In this document: one piece after another, positions 43,283 through 52,478 of the stretch
Position numbering within the stretch: position 1 is the first letter of the stretch
How the letters are laid out: each line of letters opens with the position of its first letter
Origin: a virus
Length of the DNA: 64,000 nucleotides
Reading direction: 5' to 3' (one strand)
Virus record (IMG/VR): IMGVR_UViG_3300021400_000042
Translations under genes and position numbers: made by a program
The notes under the pieces: model-generated
Told to the model about the DNA's origin: nothing
Database searches by the model: none
What the model saw: only the letters and a program-made list of their open reading frames with translations

Positions 43283-44637
43283 GAGAAACGAACCTGATAA
43301 TAGATTGCTTTGCCGGCGGAGGAGGGGCTTCCGTCGGTATCGAAATGGCGGTAGGCCGCAGCGTAGATATCGCGGTAAACCATGATCCGCAGGCCATACG
43401 GATGCATACCGTCAATCACCCGAAAACACTTCATCTGACAGAGGATATCTTTGAGGTTGATCTGCAGAAATATGTTGGTGGCCGTCATGTGGCCCTTATG
43501 TGGGCTTCTCCGGACTGTACGCAGTTCAGTAAGGCCAAAGGTGGAAAGCCCCGTGTGAGCGGGATCCGGATGCTTCCCTGGGCGGTATATAAACACGCGA
43601 AGGCTGTACAGCCGGATGTCATCATTATGGAAAACGTCGAGGAGATCCAGCAGTGGGGTCCTCTGGATGAGAACGGCAGACCGATAAAAGAAAAGATGGG
43701 TGAAGAGTATTCCCGGTTCATATCGGCAGTCAAAGGTTTGGGCTATGTGTTTGACAGCAGAGAACTGATTGCAGCTGATTACGGCGCTCCCACGACACGG
43801 AAACGCTGGTATGCGATATTCCGCAGAGACGGCAGGCCAATTACCTGGCCGCAGCCGTCTCATTTCAGAGATGCGGAACCGCGCTGGAAGCCATGCGGAG
43901 ATTATATAGACTGGTCGGATCTGGGGCAGTCGATCTTTAACCGAAAGAGGCCGTTGGCGGAGGCTACACAACGCAGGATAGCGAACGGTATACGTAAGTA
44001 TATCGTCGAGAATCCGGATCCGTACATCGTGAAGGATGAAAAGGCCCTGGCCTTCATCATCCAGTATCACGGAGAACAGAAGGATGGGGATAGCCGGGGA
44101 CAGGTCCTCACAGAGCCAATCAGAACTATAGACACGTCAAATCGGTACGGACTGGTAACGGCCTTTGTGACGAAGTTCTATAAAACCGGGATCGGGCAGG
44201 GGTGTGACGAACCGCTGCATACGATCACAACAAGCCCCGGACACTTTGGCGTGATATCGGCATTCTTGGTCAAGTATTACGGGCAGGGATGCGGTCAGCA
44301 GGTATCAGAACCGCTGGCAACGATCACGACAAAAGACAGGTTTGGTCTGGTTAATGTACTGCTGACTATAGATGGTCAGAAATACGTTATTTCAGATATA
44401 TTTCTGCGAATGCTGAAGCCTACAGAACTGAAGGTTATGCAGGGATTTCCGAATGATTACATCATCGGATATGACCTGTCATGGAGGAAGATGTCTGTAG
44501 CAGAGCAGGTCGCAAAAATAGGAAACAGCGTTTCCCCGCCGGTTGCTAAAGCACTTGTGGAGGCGAACTGTGCATATCTCAAAGAGGGCGAGAGGAAACC
44601 GATAATCAGTTTTGACAGACTGGAAAAGACCGGTTGA
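43279..44637 (+). CDS. DNA (cytosine-5)-methyltransferase
   Basis: Motif I DCFAGGGG, motif IV SPDCTQFS, motif VI IMENV, and C-terminal QGFPNDY and GNSVSPPV. Confidence 0.85.
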   Translation: MRETNLIIDCFAGGGGASVGIEMAVGRSVDIAVNHDPQAIRMHTVNHPKTLHLTEDIFEVDLQKYVGGRHVALMWASPDCTQFSKAKGGKPRVSGIRMLPWAVYKHAKAVQPDVIIMENVEEIQQWGPLDENGRPIKEKMGEEYSRFISAVKGLGYVFDSRELIAADYGAPTTRKRWYAIFRRDGRPITWPQPSHFRDAEPRWKPCGDYIDWSDLGQSIFNRKRPLAEATQRRIANGIRKYIVENPDPYIVKDEKALAFIIQYHGEQKDGDSRGQVLTEPIRTIDTSNRYGLVTAFVTKFYKTGIGQGCDEPLHTITTSPGHFGVISAFLVKYYGQGCGQQVSEPLATITTKDRFGLVNVLLTIDGQKYVISDIFLRMLKPTELKVMQGFPNDYIIGYDLSWRKMSVAEQVAKIGNSVSPPVAKALVEANCAYLKEGERKPIISFDRLEKTG

Positions 44638-44650
44638 ATAAGGAGGCATT

Positions 44651-45256
44651 ATGAAAATCGGAAGAGAGATCAAAGAGACCTGGGCAGAAATCGAAGAGCT
44701 TCAGAAGAATGGCGCATTGCTGAATCGGTGCGTTCCCGGGGATTACAAGCTCGTAGATTTTGGAGAGGATGGCGTTATCAGAATGCGCTTTGCCGGATTA
44801 CATAAGGACGTAAGGGAATATGGAGAACCGGCTTATGCAACATGGGTTGCAGGAGATCTGACTGCAAAGAGACACCAGATGCACAATGACTGGTTTGGTG
44901 AGTACAGCAAATCGGATCTTAGAAAATGGCTGAACGATGAACTGTATAACCGGCTGCCGGATGACCTGAAGAGAATCATCGTTCCTGTGCTGAAACGGCA
45001 GGTGGCGTATGACGCGGACTGGAATTGCTACACAGATGAAGTGGTGGATAAAATCTGGATCCCGTCGTTTGCGGAGCTATTTGAGGGCGGATATCCTGAT
45101 CTGTTTACAGACGATGAGAGCCGCGCTATGGGTGCGTTTTATTGGTGCCGGTCCGCTTATAACGGCAATTACTTCAGTGGTGTGGACAGCAGCGGCAACA
45201 ATAGCCATGACATCGCGGACTACTCCTACCCGCTGGCCCTGGGCTTCTCAACCTGA
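44651..45256 (+). CDS. stand-alone DGR target 2 (C-type-lectin-fold / DUF6273-like variable protein)
   Basis: 201 aa, homologous to the last ~190 aa of the 2009-aa RBP (…IWIPS..E.F…FYWCRSA…SYPLALGFS). The C-terminus is VR2. Confidence 0.85.
   Translation: MKIGREIKETWAEIEELQKNGALLNRCVPGDYKLVDFGEDGVIRMRFAGLHKDVREYGEPAYATWVAGDLTAKRHQMHNDWFGEYSKSDLRKWLNDELYNRLPDDLKRIIVPVLKRQVAYDADWNCYTDEVVDKIWIPSFAELFEGGYPDLFTDDESRAMGAFYWCRSAYNGNYFSGVDSSGNNSHDIADYSYPLALGFST
45143..45250 (+). repeat. DGR variable repeat 2 (VR2)
   Basis: Colinear with TR 23483-23590. About 13 body mismatches all fall on TR adenines. It has the same IMH GGGCTTCTCA as VR1. Confidence 0.85.
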
Positions 45257-45265
45257 TCTTGAATC

Positions 45266-45286
45266 CGCGCCCGCTTGTCGGGCGCG
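45266..45286 (+). promoter_or_regulatory. VR2-flanking hairpin (CGCGCCCG-CTTGT-CGGGCGCG)
   Basis: 8-bp perfect stem 15 nt after VR2. The core and loop are identical to the VR1 hairpin. Confidence 0.65.
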
Positions 45287-45320
45287 TAAACCAAAAACAG
45301 GAAGGAGGAAAAGACCAAAT

Positions 45321-45527
45321 ATGAAGGTCACATTGTTTTCGACAAACTGTCCGCGCTGTAAAGTCCTGGCACAGAAATTAACGGATAAGGGTATTGAATT
45401 CAATATCTCGGAAGACGTTGATGAGATGATCCGCAGGGGCTTCAGAAGTGCGCCGGTATTGGATGTTGACGGAAACTCGATGAATTTTAGTGATGCAATC
45501 AACTGGGTTGACGGCAGGGAAGGATAA
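45321..45527 (+). CDS. nrdH: glutaredoxin-like protein (NrdH-like)
   Basis: MKVTLFSTNCPRCKVL… contains a CxxC motif. It lies upstream of nrdD; RBS GGAGGA. Only the 3' part of track ORF 45009-45527 is used. Confidence 0.65.
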   Translation: MKVTLFSTNCPRCKVLAQKLTDKGIEFNISEDVDEMIRRGFRSAPVLDVDGNSMNFSDAINWVDGREG

Positions 45528-45529
45528 CT

Positions 45530-47449
45530 ATGTACATACCTATCAAAGTAAACAAGGACTTTGAAAGAGTCCTTGACGGGTTGATTAAGAAGTATGGCGA
45601 AGACTTTGAAACCCTGAACGGTTTTCACGAGTCTCAGCTGAATTTTTCGGATTTTATCGATGGGTTCATTGATAAGAATGTGGCGGATGCTACGATTGAC
45701 AGCAATGCGAACGCCCATCATAAGGACATCCGAAGCATGATGAATGAGAAGGGCAAATCGGAAGACAAGCTCTTCTGCTACAACAAAATCTATTTTGAAC
45801 TGAAAAAGAAATATGGTCTCAGGACAGCAAACGAGTGGCTGGAAACGGAGTACAACGGCGGGTTCTATCTGCATAATGCTCACACGAGTTCCATGATCCC
45901 GTATTGCTATGCTTACGATCTCAGCAGACTGGCAACAGAGGGACTTTTCTTCCTGGAAAACTACAACAATGAAGCTCCGAAGCACCTGACTACATTCCTG
46001 GATGACCTGATCGAATTTATCAGTTTCATGTCTAATCGCAGTTCAGGGGCCTGTGGTATCCCGAATGTCCTTCTGTGGACTATGTATTTCTGGAAGAAGG
46101 ACTGTGATAACGGGTACTACATCAAAGATCCGGATTATTACATCCGGCAGTGTTTCCAGAAGTTTATTTACAGAATGAATCAGCCATTTATCAGGGTCGA
46201 TCAGAGCGCCTTTGTCAATGTATCGATCTTTGACCGACATTACTATGAAGCTCTTTTCGGTGGGGTAACCTTCCCGGATGGATCCTTTGCCATTGATTAT
46301 GTGGACCTGTTCATGGAGCATCAGAAAGTGTTCATGGAGGTTGTTTCGGACATCCGCAGCGCCAATATGTTCACGTTTCCGGTTCTGACCTATTCCCTGC
46401 TTTTCAAAGACGGAAAGTTTGCAGATGAGGAATTTGCAAGATGGTGTTCTGACCATAACTGTACCTGGAACGACAGCAATTTCTTCCAGAGCGAAAGCAC
46501 GGGAACGCTGTCAAACTGCTGCCGGCTTTTATCCGATACAACGAAGCTGGATGCCTTTATCAATTCCATCGGCGGCACGGCCCTTTCCATCGGATCCGTA
46601 CAGGTCAACACAATCAATCTGGTAAGGATTGCTTACGAGGCCGAAGGGGACGAAGAGAAGTATCTGGAAATCCTGAAGAAACGTGCGCTGCTTTGCTGTA
46701 AGGTGCTGGACGTTGTGCGGCACATCATAAAACGGAACATCGAAAAGGGCCTGCTGCCGAATTACTGTGACGGCGGGATCGAGCTGGAAAAGCAGTATGC
46801 TACACTGGGCATTTTGGGATTATTTGAAACGGTGGAAGCATTCGGTCATACGGTCCGGGATGAGTTCGGAAACGTCTCATACACGGATGAAGGTATTGCC
46901 CTGGCGGATCAGATTTTCAAGGTCCTCAATGATGTGAAGGATACCTTCCCGAAGGATTATTCCTTCAATATCGAGTCAGTGCCGGCGGAACGGGCAGCAG
47001 TCATCCTGTGCCAGAAGGACAATCTGCTGTATGAGAAGAACGAGAAGTTCATCTATTCAAATCAGTGGATCCCGCTCTCAGAGAAATGCACGATTCAGGA
47101 AAAGCTCAGACTCAGCTCTATTCTGGATGAGAAGTGTTCCGGCGGAGCGATAGCACATATCAACCTGGAACAGAATTTCCCGAATACGGAAGTAGCCTGG
47201 AAGATGCTGAACTATATCGCGTCTCAGGGAGTGTTCTACTTCGCTTTCAATACCCGGATCAATGAGTGCAAAAACCATCACGGTTTTGTGGGTACGGATA
47301 CATGCCCGGTATGTGGGGAGCCTGTCTATGACACCTATCAGCGGATCGTGGGGTTCCTGGAACCGCGCCGGACATATTCCAAAGACAGGAAGCGTGAGTT
47401 TGATACCCGTAAATGGTATGAGTATGCGGATCTGAAAGGTGAGATATGA
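45530..47449 (+). CDS. nrdD: anaerobic ribonucleoside-triphosphate reductase
   Basis: 639 aa with a C-terminal Zn site CPVCGEP and a glycyl-radical-like motif RIVGFL. Confidence 0.8.
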   Translation: MYIPIKVNKDFERVLDGLIKKYGEDFETLNGFHESQLNFSDFIDGFIDKNVADATIDSNANAHHKDIRSMMNEKGKSEDKLFCYNKIYFELKKKYGLRTANEWLETEYNGGFYLHNAHTSSMIPYCYAYDLSRLATEGLFFLENYNNEAPKHLTTFLDDLIEFISFMSNRSSGACGIPNVLLWTMYFWKKDCDNGYYIKDPDYYIRQCFQKFIYRMNQPFIRVDQSAFVNVSIFDRHYYEALFGGVTFPDGSFAIDYVDLFMEHQKVFMEVVSDIRSANMFTFPVLTYSLLFKDGKFADEEFARWCSDHNCTWNDSNFFQSESTGTLSNCCRLLSDTTKLDAFINSIGGTALSIGSVQVNTINLVRIAYEAEGDEEKYLEILKKRALLCCKVLDVVRHIIKRNIEKGLLPNYCDGGIELEKQYATLGILGLFETVEAFGHTVRDEFGNVSYTDEGIALADQIFKVLNDVKDTFPKDYSFNIESVPAERAAVILCQKDNLLYEKNEKFIYSNQWIPLSEKCTIQEKLRLSSILDEKCSGGAIAHINLEQNFPNTEVAWKMLNYIASQGVFYFAFNTRINECKNHHGFVGTDTCPVCGEPVYDTYQRIVGFLEPRRTYSKDRKREFDTRKWYEYADLKGEI

Positions 47450-47916
47450 AGATAAAGGTCGTGAATGTAATAGATGAGGATTTCTCAAATTACAAACGTG
47501 CATCCATGACCATAGGTTTTCCGTTCTGTACTTTCAAGTGTGGGCGGCAGGTGTGTCAGAACGGCACACTTGCCGCAGCCCCAAAGATCGAGATAGAGGC
47601 GGCGGATCTGGTAGAGCGGTACATGAAAAATCCCATTACGGAAGCAATCATCTTTCAGGGATTGGAACCGTTCGACTCTCCGGAGGTCTTTGATCTGGTA
47701 GCGGAATTCCGAGATAAGACGGATGACACGATTGTGATTTATACCGGCTACACAAGGGAAGAGGCGGATGACAGAGCATGGATAGATTACTTGAAGTTCT
47801 TCCCGAATATCATTGTGAAGTACGGCCGGTTTATCCCCGGACAGGAACCACACTTTGATGAGGTTCTGGGAGTAAACCTTGCTTCTGATAACCAGTATGC
47901 AGTGAAGGAGTCCTGA
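47446..47916 (+). CDS. nrdG: probable NrdD-activating radical-SAM-like protein
   Basis: Position after nrdD and a Cys cluster FCTFKCGRQVC. The cluster spacing is atypical, hence moderate confidence. Confidence 0.5.
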   Translation: MKIKVVNVIDEDFSNYKRASMTIGFPFCTFKCGRQVCQNGTLAAAPKIEIEAADLVERYMKNPITEAIIFQGLEPFDSPEVFDLVAEFRDKTDDTIVIYTGYTREEADDRAWIDYLKFFPNIIVKYGRFIPGQEPHFDEVLGVNLASDNQYAVKES

Positions 47917-47917
47917 C

Positions 47918-48310
47918 ATGAAAAAGATACATCCCTGGATCAGAGCAATGATTATTGTGATCGGGCTTTTGCTGATACTGACCGCTGTGCTGCACTTCCG
48001 GCAGCAGAGGCAGCAGCGGGAAATGGATAAGCAGGAGCTTCACTATGACGCTGACAACTATTTCCTCATGATCGATGCCACAAACGGGATTGCAGGATTT
48101 TACTTTTGCGCTCACCCGCTTACGCACATGCGGATCCGGACGGACGCGCTTGACGGTGTGTATGATGCATATTTCCATGATGGGTATATGTATTTGGAGC
48201 ATACAAAGCAGGACGCGACAATTCAGGTCCCATTGACAAGGCGGCAGGCGGCATGGATAGAGGCAGAATATGAGGACGGGTTTCCGGCCTTGGTGTACAG
48301 GAGGCGGTAG
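47918..48310 (+). CDS. membrane-anchored hypothetical protein
   Basis: N-terminal TM segment IRAMIIVIGLLLILTAVL. Confidence 0.5.
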   Translation: MKKIHPWIRAMIIVIGLLLILTAVLHFRQQRQQREMDKQELHYDADNYFLMIDATNGIAGFYFCAHPLTHMRIRTDALDGVYDAYFHDGYMYLEHTKQDATIQVPLTRRQAAWIEAEYEDGFPALVYRRR

Positions 48311-48313
48311 ACG

Positions 48314-48550
48314 ATGGCGATTGAGAAACGTTGGGAACATGGAGAAGAGATCTTCACACCGGTCTGTGATGGATGCGGTGATGAGTTGGCCGACGAATAT
48401 GATTTTTATGACGCGGTAGACGCGAAGAAACTTGCAGGATGGCGGTCAAAGAAGATTGATGGGGAATGGCAGGACTATTGTCCGGAATGCCAGGAGAGAT
48501 TTAATCACGAAAACGCTGTGGGCGATTTTGCAGGGATAGGGAGGTTATAA
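48314..48550 (+). CDS. small Zn-ribbon protein
   Basis: CDGCG…CPEC. Confidence 0.5.
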   Translation: MAIEKRWEHGEEIFTPVCDGCGDELADEYDFYDAVDAKKLAGWRSKKIDGEWQDYCPECQERFNHENAVGDFAGIGRL

Positions 48551-48552
48551 AG

Positions 48553-49017
48553 ATGGGACTGGTAGATTCTTTTGCAGCAGAAGACAGGGTTGAAGTAAAG
48601 TATTCGGACTTCTACAAACTGGTAAGAGCTGAAGCGGAAAGAGCGCTTTTGAAGAATGCCGTGTTTGCGGGGGTCCCGCGTGAGCAGATCCTTAAAATGC
48701 TGTCCGGTCAGAATGATGAGCTGGAAGAGTACAGAAAGACCGGGCTGTCTCCGGATCAGATCAGGGAGATGGATAAGTTTTACGCAGAGAAGTGTAAGGA
48801 AGTTGCGATAACCACGGCTGAAAAGGATGTGCTGAAAAAGCAGATCGAGGATCTGATGGTGCAGCGCGAAGCGGAAGAGGCAGCAGCGGCAGATGCAGCT
48901 GTCCAGGATGAGGCGGAAGCGGCGGCTGATGGGGGCGAAGCTACACAGGCGGAAACTGAGACAGAAATTACTGCGGATCCGGACAAAAAAAAAACGGTCT
49001 GGAAAAAGGAACATTGA
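48553..49017 (+). CDS. hypothetical acidic protein ending just after an A10 tract
   Basis: 154-aa ORF. Confidence 0.55.
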   Translation: MGLVDSFAAEDRVEVKYSDFYKLVRAEAERALLKNAVFAGVPREQILKMLSGQNDELEEYRKTGLSPDQIREMDKFYAEKCKEVAITTAEKDVLKKQIEDLMVQREAEEAAAADAAVQDEAEAAADGGEATQAETETEITADPDKKKTVWKKEH

Positions 49018-49171
49018 CAGGGGTAAGATCCTCGCTTTAAAGAAAGCGGGTTGGAAGGTGAAGGATATTGCGGAAGATATGGGGTTGGAAGCATCGACTG
49101 TATCACAGGTCCTCTGGCAGGAGAACCGGAAAGCAAAGCAAGTGGGGAAAGATGAGAACGCGCTGTTATAA
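48893..49171 (+). CDS. HTH-domain ORF (…RGKILALKKAGWKVKDIAEDMGLEASTVSQVL…) lacking a convincing start of its own
   Basis: Coordinates follow the track ORF. The first ~40 codons are an alternate frame of the previous gene. It is possibly joined to the previous gene by slippage at A10. Confidence 0.35.
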   Translation: MQLSRMRRKRRLMGAKLHRRKLRQKLLRIRTKKKRSGKRNIDRGKILALKKAGWKVKDIAEDMGLEASTVSQVLWQENRKAKQVGKDENALL

Positions 49172-49556
49172 GTGTTTTGGAGCGGCGATGGATGATTGTA
49201 AAGATTGTGAAAGGATATATGCCATGACAGTACAGGAATATCAGGATAAAGCAAGACGGACACAGGCGCAGGGATTGAATCAGGAAGAGAGAATGCTTCA
49301 TGCAGCTCTGGGCCTGACATCGGAAGCCGGTGAGGTGTCCGGGATCCTGCAGAAGAAATATCAGGGTCATCCGGTTGACCGGGATCATCTGATTAAGGAA
49401 CTGGGTGATTGCCTTTGGATGATCGCGGAAGCGTGCGACGCTATTGACGTTCCGATGGAATACGTGATGGCAGTCAACATTAAGAAGCTGGAAGAGAGGT
49501 TCCCGGAAGGGTTTTCTGCTGAGAAATCGCTACACCGGAAAGAAGGAGACATCTGA
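49152..49556 (+). CDS. MazG-like nucleotide pyrophosphohydrolase (possibly with an N-terminal CxxC…CxxC finger)
   Basis: …EYQDKARRT…LGLTSEAGEV…ELGDCLWMIA…NIKKLEERF. The start is uncertain (49152, 49188 or 49224). Confidence 0.65.
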   Translation: MRTRCYKCFGAAMDDCKDCERIYAMTVQEYQDKARRTQAQGLNQEERMLHAALGLTSEAGEVSGILQKKYQGHPVDRDHLIKELGDCLWMIAEACDAIDVPMEYVMAVNIKKLEERFPEGFSAEKSLHRKEGDI

Positions 49557-49558
49557 GA

Positions 49559-49759
49559 ATGAGCGGAACGGATATCCGGAAGAACGGTTCAGGATACAGA
49601 GACGATACAGCTTTTAGGGCGATTTGTAATGTAACACGGGAAGAAAGGAAAGCAAGGAGGCATGGTAACGCTAATATTCAGGCTCTTAGGCCTGGTCATA
49701 ATCATAACGATAATAGCGCTGTGGATAAGCGCAATGATCGCACCGACAATGCCGGATAG
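49559..49759 (+). CDS. hypothetical protein
   Basis: 66-aa ORF that overlaps the next ORF. Confidence 0.35.
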   Translation: MSGTDIRKNGSGYRDDTAFRAICNVTREERKARRHGNANIQALRPGHNHNDNSAVDKRNDRTDNAG

Positions 49760-49904
49760 TTGGGACGAAGACGCAGGCAGGTTTATCCCTTGCTCGGATT
49801 GCTGCTGGAAATGTGATGATGATTATTCCCTTTTCGGAGAGCCGGGACCGGGCTGCAAAAGTTGTCCGTTTTGTCATAAGCCGGGAAATAATACAGTCGA
49901 ATGA
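49662..49904 (+). CDS. membrane-anchored Cys-rich hypothetical protein
   Basis: TM segment LIFRLLGLVIIITIIALWISAMI followed by CSDCCWKC…CKSCPFC. Confidence 0.4.
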   Translation: MVTLIFRLLGLVIIITIIALWISAMIAPTMPDSWDEDAGRFIPCSDCCWKCDDDYSLFGEPGPGCKSCPFCHKPGNNTVE

Positions 49905-49918
49905 AGTTGTCTGTCTGA

Positions 49919-49947
49919 TTGACAGATGATTTCTTTTGACTTATAAT
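49919..49947 (+). promoter_or_regulatory. consensus promoter (TTGACA - 17 nt - TATAAT) for the primase operon
   Basis: Read directly. The operator-like AGTTGAACGAAATCGACT at 49956-49973 follows. Confidence 0.7.
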
Positions 49948-50009
49948 CGAAAGAGAGTTGAACGAAATCGACTCACGCTCTTAACCGGCAGTTAAAGGAG
50001 AGGCGATGC

Positions 50010-52478
50010 ATGAAACTACAGTATGACCGACAGCTCACTATTTCAGTAGGGAACAGTCGGAAGGACATGAATTGGAAACCACAAACACTGACGATCGGTG
50101 AGTTGTGGGAAAGACTCAAAGTACCGGCAAGGGGTACGGAAACCATATCTCAATACCTTGCACTCAAAAAGGCGCAGCAGGACGAACTGAAGGACGTTGG
50201 CGGTTTTATGGCCGGTACACTGAGCGGCGGCAGGCGTAAAGCCTCCGCCGTTACCGGCAGGGATGTGGTCACGCTGGACTTTGATACCATTCCAGCCTAT
50301 GGCACGGAAGGCGTGCTGAAGGCAGCCGATAACCTGGGCTGCGGGTATGCCGTTTATAGTACCAGAAAGCATATCGAGACAGCGCCGCGCCTGAGATTAC
50401 TTTTCCCTCTGGATAGAACAGTATCGGCAGATGAGTATGAACCGATTGCCCGGTGGATGGCTGCACAGATCGGCATTCAGATGGCGGATCCTACCACGTT
50501 TGAACCGTCACGCCTTATGTACTGGCCTTCCTGTAGCGTGGACAGCGACTATGTATTCAAGTACAAGGACGCGCCACTTGTGAAGGCCGACGGCGTGCTG
50601 AACAGCTACACAGACTGGCGGGACTTCTCATCCTGGCCGCAGGTTCCCGGAGCTGTCAGCTATCAGCGCCTTGCTACAAAGCAGGGTGATCCGGATACAA
50701 AACCGGGTGTCGTGGGCGCTTTTAACCGGGCATACGGGGATGTCTATACCGTCATGGACAAGGTTATCCCTGGTATCTATGATCCGGTTGACGGAGATCC
50801 GAACAGATTCACGTATCTGGGCGGCAGCACGACAGGCGGCGCGGTGGTGTACGACAACGGAAAGTTCTTGTATTCCCATCATGCGACGGATCCGTGCGGC
50901 GGAAAGCTGGTCAACTGTTTTGATCTGGTACGCCTTCACAAGTTTGGTGACAAGGACGATGAGGCAGCGGCCGGCACTCCGAATAACCGTCTTCCGTCCT
51001 ATCTGGCCATGTGTGAGTTCGCGGTTGCGGATCCCTTGTGTTCTGCACTGATGGCGAAGGAACGCCACGAAGAGGCCATGAAGGATTTTGACGGCGTTGG
51101 GGCAGATAATCACGATGACCCGGCCAACTGGATGCAGAAGCTCGATCTGAACGCCAAATCAGGCCTTGTAAAGCCTACCATTGACAACATTCTCATAATC
51201 CTTGACAACGATCCGATGCTGAAGAAAAAGTTCGCACTGAATCAGTTTGCAGGGCGCGGGGAGATCCTGGGGCAGCTTCCCTGGTCGAACGATAAGACGC
51301 GCCGGCTGTGGTCCGATACGGACAGCAACGGCCTTTACTGGTATCTGGAAAAGGCCTACCAAATCACCGGCAGAGGGAACATTGACGCGGCGCTGGATAT
51401 TCACGCAGCCACGCACGCATTCAATGAGGTGCAGGATTATCTGAAGAGTCTGGAATGGGACGGTGTGCCGCGTCTGGACACGCTCTTTATCGACTATCTG
51501 GGGGCGGAGGATGACGCGGCGGGATACTGCAGGGCAGTGTGTCGGAAGTCCTTCACGGCGGCCGTAGCGCGTGCCATGGAGCCGGGTTGTAAGTTCGATA
51601 ACATGCTGATTCTTTGTGGTCCGCAGGGCATCGGAAAGTCAACCATATTAGACCGCATGAGTCACGGCTGGTTCAATGACAGTATCCGGACGTTTGAAGG
51701 CAAGGAAGCGGCGGAGCTGCTGCCGGGTGTCTGGATCGTGGAGGTGGCGGAGCTGGATGCATTTCGGCGGACGGACGTTGCCCGTATCAAACAGTTCCTC
51801 TCACTGAGATCTGACAGGTACAGAGCAGCATACGGACGGAACATGAAGGAACAGCCACGGACATGCATCTTCTTTGGAACCTGTAACCAGATGGACTTCC
51901 TGCAGGATACGACAGGAAACCGGAGGTTCTGGCCGGTGGACGTGGGGAAAAAGCTACACCCTAAGAATGTATGGAAGGATCTGACCGATGAAACGGTAGC
52001 GCAGGTCTGGGCGGAAGCAAAAGTCAGATGGCAGATGGGTGAACAGCTCTATCTCACGGGTGATCTGGAAGAGGCCGCAAAGGAACATCAGGAGCAGCAC
52101 AGAGACACTTCACCGTGGGAAGGCATGATACATGAATTCATGGCAAAGCCGGTTCCGGATGACTGGTTGAAATGGGATCTGGACAGGCGGCGCGACTTCT
52201 GGGCGGCAAACGTGAAGGGCAGTTATAACCTGGTTCCCCGTGATCGGATAACAGCTATTGAAGTATGGTGCGAAATGTTCATGGGGAGAAAAAACGATAT
52301 GAAAGCTAATGATCGGAAGGAAATAAATGCGTGTTTGGCGAATGCAAAGGGCTGGATCCGGGCAGATAAGCCGTTTTATGCAGGAATACCCTATGCGACG
52401 CAGAGAGGGTTTATTTCCAATATGACAGGCGTTCAGGCGGCATATAACCAAATTACAAACGGATGTAATATCCCGTAA
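50010..52478 (+). CDS. primase-helicase (primase-polymerase N-terminal domain plus VirE/D5-like P-loop domain)
   Basis: 822 aa with Walker A LCGPQGIGKST and a VirE-like region …VEVAELDAF…. Confidence 0.8.
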   Translation: MKLQYDRQLTISVGNSRKDMNWKPQTLTIGELWERLKVPARGTETISQYLALKKAQQDELKDVGGFMAGTLSGGRRKASAVTGRDVVTLDFDTIPAYGTEGVLKAADNLGCGYAVYSTRKHIETAPRLRLLFPLDRTVSADEYEPIARWMAAQIGIQMADPTTFEPSRLMYWPSCSVDSDYVFKYKDAPLVKADGVLNSYTDWRDFSSWPQVPGAVSYQRLATKQGDPDTKPGVVGAFNRAYGDVYTVMDKVIPGIYDPVDGDPNRFTYLGGSTTGGAVVYDNGKFLYSHHATDPCGGKLVNCFDLVRLHKFGDKDDEAAAGTPNNRLPSYLAMCEFAVADPLCSALMAKERHEEAMKDFDGVGADNHDDPANWMQKLDLNAKSGLVKPTIDNILIILDNDPMLKKKFALNQFAGRGEILGQLPWSNDKTRRLWSDTDSNGLYWYLEKAYQITGRGNIDAALDIHAATHAFNEVQDYLKSLEWDGVPRLDTLFIDYLGAEDDAAGYCRAVCRKSFTAAVARAMEPGCKFDNMLILCGPQGIGKSTILDRMSHGWFNDSIRTFEGKEAAELLPGVWIVEVAELDAFRRTDVARIKQFLSLRSDRYRAAYGRNMKEQPRTCIFFGTCNQMDFLQDTTGNRRFWPVDVGKKLHPKNVWKDLTDETVAQVWAEAKVRWQMGEQLYLTGDLEEAAKEHQEQHRDTSPWEGMIHEFMAKPVPDDWLKWDLDRRRDFWAANVKGSYNLVPRDRITAIEVWCEMFMGRKNDMKANDRKEINACLANAKGWIRADKPFYAGIPYATQRGFISNMTGVQAAYNQITNGCNIP

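Noticed and set aside
43105-44070. 321-aa minus-strand ORF
   Set aside because: It is antisense to the C5-methyltransferase gene, which has clear catalytic motifs.
45009-45527. 172-aa ORF overlapping the end of the DGR target 2 gene
   Set aside because: Only the last 68 codons (from ATG 45321, preceded by GGAGGA) look like a real glutaredoxin-like protein. The upstream part is an alternate frame of the VR2 gene.
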